From the NCBI GenBank assembly GCA_043228905.1, contig JBHGNT010000001.1, positions 10,416,001 through 10,480,000 on the forward strand: a DNA stretch of 64,000 nt, given 5' to 3'. Origin of the DNA: Azolla caroliniana. Lineage: Eukaryota > Plantae > Polypodiophyta. Shown piece after piece: positions 38,301 through 49,227 of the stretch. The notes below the pieces were generated by a model, which was not told the origin of the DNA, did no database searches, and saw only the letters and a list, made by a program, of their open reading frames with translations. A program made the translations under genes and the position numbers. The stretch's first letter is position 1. The number at the start of each line of letters is the position of its first letter.

Positions 38301-38423
38301 TCTTCTCGTCCGGACTTCTTTTGGCCACCCAAGCGGACAACTTCCTAGCAAGGCGGCCGGGGCCAGCCCATGCATTTTCGGCAGTGACCAAAGTACAACT
38401 AAGTAGGAGGATCAAATGGACGT

Positions 38424-41052
38424 TGTCGTGAAGAATTACGGTTATGAAGGATGCCCGTGAACGGGGGTGTGCAAGGATGCACACGAACAAGGGCTTATGT
38501 ATATATATACACACGATGTGTACATAAATATATATATATATATATAAATGAAACTTTGTGAAAAACAAGAATAATAAAGTACGAGACAAAAACTGTTTGT
38601 GGGTACTTTAAATGCATCGAATGTTGAGGGGGAATGATAGTGCATTGGGCAGAGAATCATGGAGCGGATCTCTGACCAAACAACTACATTTAATACTGAT
38701 GTAATCGTCCTCCCCTTGTGCTATAAAAGGGGAGGAACGGATCTATTTTGCCATCCATCGTTTAGGAGGCAGAAGCTCTGTCGGCTACTCATTTCTTGTT
38801 TTCTGTCTATCGAATGTCGTGTTGTGAGGTCTCTGTTTTGCGTTGGAAGCCCGTGTGCTCTTGATCAGAGGCTCACTAGATTCTTTGTGTGTGTGTGTGT
38901 GTGTAGAGGTCAAAGCTCTATTGTTGGCCCAACCTGGTTGTACTTCTATTATAAGTTAAACGACTACTTTGTTCCTTTTCGGATTTTCCTATGTCTTTCA
39001 GGTTCTACCTGTAGTCTTGTCTTTGCTCTCTCTCATTTGTGTTTGCATACCCGAGTGTGCTAGCCATGGGCTCATTGTTTGTTATCTGGCGACAGTTCTG
39101 GAACAGTGTACGCGTCCGATCTTGTGTGCTCATCATTCGGCATCCGAAGACTGGTCCGGATCGGATACACGTCCATGCTGCGCTCCGGCAAAGTTACCCG
39201 GAAACGATCCGGATAACCTCTTTCTCGCTTCCCTTACCAACTCCTTAGTCTGAGGCCCTGATGGTCCTGCCTTGTTTCAACACATACTCGCGGACTTTTG
39301 CGACATCTTTGGTGAACCCGACGTGAAAGGGGCGACAAAGGAGCTCAGAAAGAGGGGAAGTGAGCTTGCAAAAGCAATGGTGGTGGCTATCGACCGCCTA
39401 ATGAATGCTCGGGAGAGTGCGGTAGCCTCGACAGGGCCATAGAAACGATAGTCAACACGATAGGCCGATTCAATGGAAAAGGCGTCACGAGCTACTTGGA
39501 GGCCTACATGGCCTAAATGCTAATGAGGGACATACCGGAGAACGGATGGTTGTCCAGATTCCCGTGAGTCGTCACACTGAGCATCCACGTGGAGGTACTT
39601 GAGGTTTGGGCTGATTGCCAAAACTGGTCAAAGTTCGAGAGTCGGCTCCCCGAGAGGTACAAATTCGACGACTCGCTCCAGTTGTCGAAGAGGGAGTTCA
39701 TAGAGTGGGTTGAGCTCCTCGACAAAGGTCGGAACACATCAGTGCTTCTCTAGGAGTTTGAGAAGTGATTTGCGCGCCTTTCAACGTTGGACCAGACCGT
39801 GCTTGATACGAGCAAAGTTCTGTTATTCATCAAGTCGGTCGACCCGCATGATCGGGAAAAGGTAGGTCTCCTAATCGAGACGGATGAAGGACTTACGGTC
39901 GATTGGGTCGTGGTAAAAAGGGTTTGTAGCCATTTCAACAAACGGCACAAATGGAACGATGCGGGGTCAAAGACAACCGGCCTGATTGTCGGGAAGAGGT
40001 CAGAGAAGATTCTGACTTGATTGAACGAGGCAAGAAGGCGGCTCGAGTTGGGCCCGATTTTGACCCGTGGTTGAGGGAACATCTAGTGGCTCGGCTCTGG
40101 AGGAGCTGACGAAGATGGTGCGCGATATCCAGATCGCTCAAGCTCGAAGGGAAGGCAAGGGTCAAATCACATGACTGACACTCTTTGAATGACTAGAGGT
40201 GCATGTGGTGCGATGTTGTCGGCCACATCTAGAGAGAGTGCACTAATTTTGCCAATGCACTTAAGAACAACATGGTGTACCTTTGGAAGGACCAGGTACA
40301 TGCGAGTGAGAAACGGAGGCCCCAATAAATAAACACTAGCCGGGGTGGGATGAAAAGGTTGATGGAGGAGGCTGCAGCACGACACGTAGAGATCGTCCAT
40401 TACTCGAGATCGGCCAATATTTGGGTCAGAGGGGAGAACGGAAAGACGGAGAAGGACACCGTATTCTAGCCGATAGTATTAAAAGGGTTCTCTAGGAAGA
40501 AGTTGGTGAAGGAGGAAGCGGATAGCGTGGGTCCAAGAGGTCACCAGATGGGACAATCCAATAGAAGAGAAAACCATCTTCATGGAAGCTACATGCCAGA
40601 ACTACGAGGTTCTAGGAAGGTCGGAAGCATCGACAACCAGTATGAGACCCGGAATGGGCCAAGGACGGAGGATGTTGGTTCGGTTGGCTGACAAGAGAAG
40701 GAAAGGGGAACGTTTCCGAGCTTCCGATTGAGCTCGGAAATAGATAAGTCAACAAACCTATGAAAGGTCTTAGAGGAGCAAATCCTCGATAGTCAAGTAG
40801 AACTCTCGTTGTGAGAAATATTGGGGATATCAAAGAAGGAGTTCCACAATAGCATTGCCAACTTAGTGAAGAGGAAGTGTCTCTCGACAGAGGCGGAGGC
40901 GGAAAAGCCGGTCAAGGTCAAGGCGGCGCATATATGACGAAGTGGTGATAGAGGAAGAATATGCCGACAACCACTACATGCGGCCGCATTGGGCAAGAGC
41001 AACAACAGAGACCCTAGTCCGAATCAGAGACGTAAAGGAGCCGGTGGTGGCA
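38424..41052 (+). mobile_element. Gypsy element 3, same family, 3'-truncated (5' LTR, PBS, decayed gag up to the protease start)
   Basis: LTR TGTCGTGAAGAA (38424)...GCGACA (39305); PBS TGGTGAACCCGACGTGAA 39310-39327; VLLFIKSVDPHDREKVGLLIETDEGLT; RPHWARATTET..EPVVA then an abrupt end. Confidence 0.9.
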
Positions 41053-41349
41053 ATTTGGGGATCACATAACTTCTCCAAAAGTTTTAGGAAAGGGAAAAAG
41101 CTTCCCATGTATGTATGTATGTATGTATCATGTATGTATGCATGCATGTATTGTAAATTTGTATGTATGTACATAGATTTTGAGTTACCTCCAAATCTAG
41201 CTCTACCTCCTCTATACATAGCCACAAACATAAAGTCATATAGCCATAGCTATAGCTAGCCACCATGGTAGTGAAGGGTTTGTGAAGAAGAGAGAGATCA
41301 ATCAATCAATTTTTCTTCACTGTTTGTTGATCTGAAGGAAAACACTGTG

Positions 41350-41395
<46 letters not shown>

Positions 41396-41483
41396 AGAAA
41401 GATCATTTCCTTCTTCATCGTCTGCGTTTTTAGGGTCTCTCTCCCCCCTCAAAAAGGAAGGAATCTTTTGGAGCTCTCCAGCT

Positions 41484-44400
41484 ATGGCGGATGCAGCCAA
41501 GGATTACGCAGCGGGTTTCGCTGCTGGGCTTGCAACTGTTCTCATCGGACACCCCTTCGACACTGTCAAGGTTCTCCCCTCTTCTCTTTGTTTCTCTCAA
41601 CCTCACTTCGTCTCTTTCTTTTTGTGAAATCTTCTCAAGTTCTTTTCTTTCTGTGAATATATATATATATTCATTCGTTTATTTCGTCAAATCTCTTTTG
41701 CTAATGGGGGATTTCGTTCATGTGCTATGTGGTAAATCTCCCTGTTCCTTTTTATGCGAACCTTTCATGCTAAATTACTTCTCCCCATGTCTGTGATCTT
41801 TGCCAAATATCTCTCTCTCATATATATCTATCTCTCTCTTTTTCTTTGTGAATCTGCTATGCGAAAGTTCTTTCTATTCCCACGATTCTTTGAAAGCGCT
41901 TTGTTTGAAATCCGCGACCTTATAGCTTACTATGAAGATTTTTCTTACGCTTTGTTTTTGGGGTTTTGATTATATTTCAATCCTGCGATCTCCACTTATC
42001 CTTTACATGACCAACCGTTTATGCTTGCATTCTCAACAATTCAAAACAACATCATGCAAAAACGTAATGGTTTCTTGTTGAACGCTTCAAAATTTCAGGT
42101 CAAATTGCAGACCCAGAATACACAAGTGAACACCGCTAAATATCACAGTGCATTCCATTGTATCCTTGATATCCTAAAGACTGGAGGGGTAGGCTTATGA
42201 CTCCACTTCTCTACATATCTCCCAATTTGCTTGCTAGTTTTTAAATTTGTTTGTGACGTTCGTTATGTTCATAAAGTCAGCAGTGTATTTGTGATGTTGT
42301 GTATGTGACGATGTCGTCAAGATCACAGTGCATTCCATTGTATCACTGTGACGATCACAGTGCATTCCATTGTATCCGTGATATCCTAAAGACTGGAGGG
42401 GTAGGCTTATGACTCCACTTCTCTACATATCTCCCAATTTGCTTGCTAGTTTTTAAATTTGTTTGTGACGTTCGTTATGTTCATAAAGTCAGCAGTGTAT
42501 TTGTGATGTTGTGTATGTGACGATGTCGTCAAGATGCTTCGCATAATTGGGTATGTTTATGTCAGCTATGGAAGGATGTTATTATATTGTTATGTCGGTT
42601 TTATATGCTTCCAATGCTCATAAATTTTCAGTATGTTTATAATGTTCAGATATTCTGATCGTTTTTCAATATGTTTTTAGTTTTATATAGCCATATAATG
42701 CACAGTGATCACAAGTAATTTTTGCTTAGATGAAGGGCTTCTATAAGGGTGCTACCGCCTCATTTGTTGGTGTTGCTACAGAGAGCTCGGCACTTTTTGG
42801 TGCATATTCTCAGATGAAAATTGCTTTGCAGGTACTGATTAATGCATTCTAGGTTTAACATGTTTTCTTCGGTCATCCATCTTTCAATGTTTGACCGGCC
42901 ATGTTATGAAGTAGTAGAACTTCAATTTTCTTTTACTTGGCCTGAGCAGCAACAGGAAGAATTGTATAAAATTTAAGTTGATGTAATAGACAACCAGGAT
43001 GATTTAATTGTCATTGGGAAATGCACTTCATATTACTAACTATACCAGTAACATATATCTTGTTTAAGAGAAGTAGCAGCACTTCCATTTTCTTTGTGTA
43101 AGCTAGTGTATCTAGAATTGAGCGCCTATTTGATTTAATCATCAATGGTAAATGCTTTCACATAATTTATCTTGGGGTAGGTTACTGGGCCACAAAATGG
43201 TGGATGTGCTCACTACTCTGTTCAAATATTCCCACAGATTTTGTAACTTTACAATGCTCTTAAGTTTAGATATAGTTTGAGACACGGGCTTCCGAATTTT
43301 TAGGGCAGATATTGCTGGATTCCCGTCAAACATCTGATTATTGGTGGGATGTATTCACATATTTTACTTATGGGTCGTTCCCAGCCCATTAATGCACAGA
43401 TATGCCCATAATTGTGTGACTACCCTAGAATATTCTGATTTATGCATGTGTATGCGTGTAGACATGCACATTTCTGCATGATTGAACACTTAATGGTATA
43501 CCTATCTCTTGTCTTAAAGATAGTGCAATTAGAAATATTTGATTGTGGGACTTGTGAGATTCTTTTCCATATCACTGATTATCAACAGAATTGTATTGTA
43601 TATGTCTCGGGGGGGTTAAGTATTTATTACATCAGGACTTGCTGTCACATAATTTTGACAAAATCTGGGATTTTGTCATTTGATGTAACTTGTGTGAAAA
43701 TTTTCATCTTTGACAGTGTAGGTCAAAATATTTAATGACGGAGATTGTGAGAAAATTTAGTCCACATCATCTGGAATTGTATTCGGATATTTCACTTAGG
43801 GTTAGGTCGCGGCCCTATTAAATATGAGTGTTTGTCATTTGACATCATTACTTGTAATTTTGTGGTTGAATAAGAAATCCATGCAGGCACTGATGCTGTA
43901 GATAAAGTATGATCATTAGGGTTTGTGTAAAATTTAGTCCATATCGTCAAGAATTACATTCACATATTTCCCTTAGGATTAGGTTGTGGACCTAGTAAAT
44001 GGGAGCATTTGTCATTTTACGTCCTTGTGATTTGGTGGTTGAATAAGCAATCTATGGAGGCACTGATACTGTGGATCAATTATAGATCAAAATATTTTAT
44101 TATTGGACTTGCGTAAAATTTACTCCGTGTCATTGACCATCATCAGGAATTGCATTCTCATATTTCACTTAGGTTTAGGTTGGGGCACTGGTAATTGTGA
44201 GCGTATGCCATTTGACGTCTTTACTTGTGATTGTGGTTGAATAAGCAATCCATGCAGGCCCTGATGCTGTATTATTTGGCATGGTGGGTGATTCTTGGAA
44301 GGGACGAGAAATCAGTGAACCGAAATTTTCTTCCATTTTACCTGCAGCTGCGGTTAGTGGAGCTTGCATCAGTGTGATATTGTGCCCTACCGAGCTCGTA

Positions 44401-45465
44401 AAGGTAAACTACTTTCAAAGGCTGATAATTATAGTAGCTCTTTACTCATCACAAGTTTGAAAGTGAAATTTTATGTCTCATGTAGACTGTATCTTATACT
44501 ATGTCTGGCTCTCAGTGTAGATTGCAGATACAAGCGAATAATGCGATTGGATCAAACACTTTAGGGTTGATGAGATATGATGGGCCTCTGGATTGTGTAC
44601 AAAAAACAATAAAGAATGATGGGGTAGGCATTGTATTTGCACCCTAATATTAGGGTACCTATATTCTAGTTAGTTCATATATATGGTCATTTCTTGCAGC
44701 TCCAAGGATTGTTCAAAGGTGGATTTTCAACTCTATTGAGAGAATGCACTGGAAATTCTGTCTTCTTTGTGACGTATGAATTCACAAGATACCGGCTTCT
44801 ATCAGCTCTAAAATATCATGAAGCTCCGAAACTGTTAGCTGAACCATGGCAGAAACATTTTTATGGAAAAAGCTATTCAAAAATGATTGTTGAAGGAGTA
44901 GTTGATGTCATAAGTGGTGGCTTAGCTGGCATGATGGTAAGGAAATGGGATACGTGCATACCTTTTTATGGTAATAAAATGACATACATCTATATCTTCA
45001 TTCATTATAAGATGAGTTTGTCGAAAAGTAGCCATTATTATTTATCTTAATTTACTGAGTTTGTGTCATAATCAATGCAGTTTTGGGCTATTGTCTTACC
45101 ATTTGATGTTGCGAAAACACGAATTCAAACATCAGTCAATCCTAAATTAAGCAGAAGTCCTATCTATAACATGAAACTGGTACTTGAAAGAGATCTATTT
45201 TTTTGTTACCATTGATGTTACTGAGCCACATTGTTGACTTGTTGAATTTTCTATGGTTTTTAATGCGAGTGAAATTTGAATTACACTGACACATTAAAGC
45301 TTATGTTTCTATTTATAGATTTATAAAGAACTTGGATTCCGAGGTCTGTATGCTGGATTAGGTCCAACTCTTGCAAGAGCATTTCCAGCAAATGCAGCTG
45401 CAATGGTGACATGGGAGCTCACGGCAAGATTACTTGGAGTTCGTAGACATGAGTTACAAGTATAG
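41484..45465 (+). CDS. BAC1: Mitochondrial basic amino acid (arginine/ornithine) carrier, SLC25 family, 8 exons, 323 aa
   Basis: Exons 41484-41570, 42099-42188, 42730-42831, 44302-44403, 44516-44623, 44700-44936, 45081-45179, 45319-45465; all GT-AG, all phase 0, open frame. Three carrier signatures (HPFDTVKVKLQ, CPTELVKCRLQ, LPFDVAKTRIQ); LLRECTGN and GLGPTLARAFPANAAA match Arabidopsis BAC1 as recalled. The exon 4 acceptor (AAG) is the least certain. Confidence 0.92.
42142..42535. repeat. 182-bp tandem duplication spanning the BAC1 exon 2 / intron 2 boundary, with a 30-bp filler
   Basis: 42142-42323 matches 42354-42535; one mismatch seen. Confidence 0.95.
43745..44270. repeat. Three diverged ~170-200 bp tandem units in BAC1 intron 3
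   Basis: GGTTGAATAAG(A/C)AATC(C/T)ATG(C/G)AGGC.CTGAT at ~43865, 44037, 44235. Confidence 0.85.
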
Positions 45466-47422
45466 ATTTTTACTTATTAATATATGTTAGATATTGTCAA
45501 CAAAGCTAGAACCTGTAGGATTCTCGATATTATAATTACTTCTCCACATCAGGCACACTTAGTCTTTCTATTTTTGCTACTAACAGAAACTGATAAGCTC
45601 AAATAAAAGGAAACAGTGATTCTTTGATAGCAATGATTCTTAACTCATGAGGATTTGGAAGAGGCTATTAGTTGGAATTTTATAGAAGTAGAATCAGCCT
45701 AACTCAAAAGGTTTGAGAGGCTATGGCATGAAATTTCAGCTATGTTATGCATTATGCATTCTCAACACAGTTTTGATTTATCGTAATCAGCATTATGTTC
45801 CTAACTTGTGAAATTTTGTGAGGGATTAAAGGGAAGATGTTAGATGTTCACAGTTTTTTTTATTAGAATCCGGAATATTGAAGATTGGTTTCCTATATAT
45901 ATGTTCACGTTGTGTGAGCATAATTTGAAATTTTCAACTGCAGTCGAGGTTTAATACATTAATTTTTGCATGAGTGACCTTTCTATTATGAGAGGTACAC
46001 TCCTACAATTTCCTTGGTTCATACTTTTCCTCCTTGGAGGCACTAAACTCACAATTATGTAAGAAAACCTAGATGATCCAATGTTGTGGAGGATCCATAT
46101 GAATCATGGTGATCCTTAACAAGATTCTCTTATTGGCTGAATACTTTGCATGACCAGGTTCCAATGCACCCCAGTTAGATAAGTTTTCTTGGGTTCCATC
46201 CTCAAAGCTTCAGGGTGGTGGAAAAAGTTATCAAACCTTGTGAATGGAAATTTACAAGCCTTACATGCATTGTTTGCTCATACTATCAAACTAGGAAGGT
46301 TACGAGGCAAAGCATATCTCTATTGATCGAGTAGGTAAAGAGAGATTCATTATAATTAATATTTTTTTCTGACAATTATAGTTCAGTACAAATGTTATTC
46401 AATCACATGCATTTTCGGATATCCCTCAAGAGGTACCTCAAAAGAATTGTAAACTTGGTCTATATTCTGAGGTTTGTCTCCATAAACAAATTTATATACA
46501 AATGAACAAAACCTGCTCATCCAATGTATACAATCAAAAGATCAAATTTGACTATAGAAAAAGATGTCGGCATGGAGCCAATGTAAATGCATTAGTGGAC
46601 AATATCATGTTTTGAGTTATTTCACACAAGAAGATGCATAGGATCATTTCATGACATAAATGTCATGATTGAGTTGTATGTTTGAGATCCTAAAAGAATC
46701 TCATTAAACAAAAGGTTTGGCAAGCTTGAATGTTGAGCAATCTCTCATCTTTGGGTGGAAGATCCATGTGTGATATCTTCGATGTTCACCACCTCCATGT
46801 TCATGGAGATTGTCGATAACATACATAGTTCTTGCTTGAACACCGCATGACTCATCCTTTGGTGAGATTCCCTACACACACATCTATAGACTATAATATT
46901 AAACAATGCCCTTGCTTGATCCCAACATGATATCTTAGATATATACTATTTGGCAAGGACAACTATATGGTACAATGAGGATGTGGAATCAACCATCCTA
47001 CATGTGTGGACTCTTCAATATACTTGTATGACGAGAGATATATCATTCATGCTTCAACCCAACAAAGGGGCATCATATCCTAGATGGTTGATACAACATT
47101 GAAACATAACTAACATTTTTACCAATTTGTTTCCATTGGAGACATGCGAGAGTTTATGTTGTTTTTTTCTTTTGTTAGGGAAAGCGGTGACCAAGTGCTA
47201 TATTTACAGCCATAAGACAATAAAATATATCTCAAGCACATGGGCAACACTTTAAATTCCATTCTATAATTTGAGTTTTACTAAGAAACATGAGATGGGT
47301 ATGTCATATGATTCAAACTCCACATGAAATTTGGGTACAATTGTATAAACTTAAAGAGTTTCATAACATTAGGTTGAGGAGGTTTTGTCCTTTCCAAAGA
47401 AATCCTTGATGATAGAGGAGTG

Positions 47423-47858
47423 CATGATTGTAACATACGTAGCATACCGTACACATACAATACCTATACTACGTATTTCATAAGTATTCTAAAAATAATA
47501 ATAAGTTCTTAGAATACGTATTTAAAGGTAAAATACGTTGAGTACGTTTTGAATACGTTGAATACATCGAATACTTGAACACCACTGATGTTGAATGCAA
47601 AGATACTTGGAAGTTGAATACTATATAGTAAATACCAATTATCTTTATTGCCCATGGATAAATGGTTATCTATGTTTCAATATTTACATAAATTATTTTC
47701 TTTTCTCTACTGAAAAAAACCCTAGGAAATTAATTTTTAAATTATTTACAAATTTAGGCTTAGAAAAGTTGACAATTCCAAAAGGTTGAATACGTTTAGA
47801 ATACGTGTGGGTATTCTAAAACGTACTCTATCTATAAAATACGTGTTTTTTAACAACG
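47423..47858. mobile_element. hAT-type MITE (436 bp), second family
   Basis: 8-bp TSD GAGGAGTG (47415-47422 and 47859-47866); degenerate TIRs; many AATACGT subterminal motifs. Confidence 0.8.
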
Positions 47859-48404
47859 GAGGAGTGGCCATGTTTCCATTAAATTATGCATATTTGACAC
47901 ATCATTGGATTAAGCAAAACCAAAATGTTTCTCTTATTTTATCTTAACCTACCAAAATTTCTCTAGCCAATGTAAGATTAATCAATATAAAATGTGGTTC
48001 TCAACTCTATACAAGGTTTCCTTTATGATCAAGCGCTTTTGGATATTGCACATGGATATTCTATACAAAATGCTCTTAATCCTCAATGTTTTTAGGATAT
48101 GCTAAAAGGAAGATCTAATCAAGGTTTTGTCAAATCTTGAGGTTTTTGTACATGGATCTTGACTTCTCTATATCGACATGAATTATGACTTTAATGGAAT
48201 AATACGTTCCCATTTATGATCGATGGGTGTGTAGAATGGGGCAATGGAACATTGACTATCGATCAATGGTGGACACTGATATAGTGGGGTAAATTTGGCA
48301 TCATGGATATCGACACACAATGATGGATGTGGCATCCAATTTACCAAACAATAAATATATTATGCTTTCCAATCATGACTAAGTAGTAAATGAGCGCCAT
48401 ATAA

Positions 48405-48679
48405 GTTGTATTGGTTTCAAATATTTGGTTAGACATAGTTCATATTCTGAAGGGTCAATGGGATGGTATGGTTGGAGATTTTGATGCTAAAATTGCTCAA
48501 CAGCATGAGTTTCTTATCGTCTGGACAGCTATTACATTCATGACATCCAATTACGGCACTCCTTATTGGCATTTTCAGCCTCCGAAATGGTTGTTCCCCC
48601 CGCCGATCACATCGAGTTTTAAAATCTTGTAAAATGTTTACACTAATGACATGATATCTTCTTTAAAAATTAAAAAAAA
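48405..48679 (+). mobile_element. 5'-truncated LINE copy, same family as 30146-31800
   Basis: IWLDIVHILKGQWD..HFQPPKWLFPPP followed by a short UTR and A-rich tail. Confidence 0.8.
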
Positions 48680-49227
48680 GTGCACATGCACATGCACTCA
48701 GATACATAGACATGTGCATACAAGTTTACAACCATACATACAAACCAACTTCTTATACAACAAAGCATATTCAAACACATCCACAAAGGTATACATACAT
48801 ATCCATGGACACCCAAGTTAGATAGCTTATAGATAGCTTAAAAAGTGTGTTATATATATAATAAGGTGAATTCAATCATAAATATTGATTGAAAATCATA
48901 AACTAAATAATTACATGGGAGTGAGGTTGACATGTCATGGATTCATATATTTTAATCTAGTTGATTCCCCAATAAGAAGAGGGTATAGAGGGAGGGACTA
49001 GAGCTAGAGCTAGAGAGAGATACATTTTATAGGCGACTTAGCAATTAAATAATAGCAAGAGGTTGTTAGTTTTCCTCATGTAATGTCTTTGTGTGAAACA
49101 TAATTGGTTAAAATAACCAATTTGGACTATGACATAATTTTATTGTCCAAACTTTGTTAAGCACTAGTGAGGGTAAATAGATGATTGATTGGATCTTTAC
49201 TATGATAAAATGTGGGACCATTGATGG

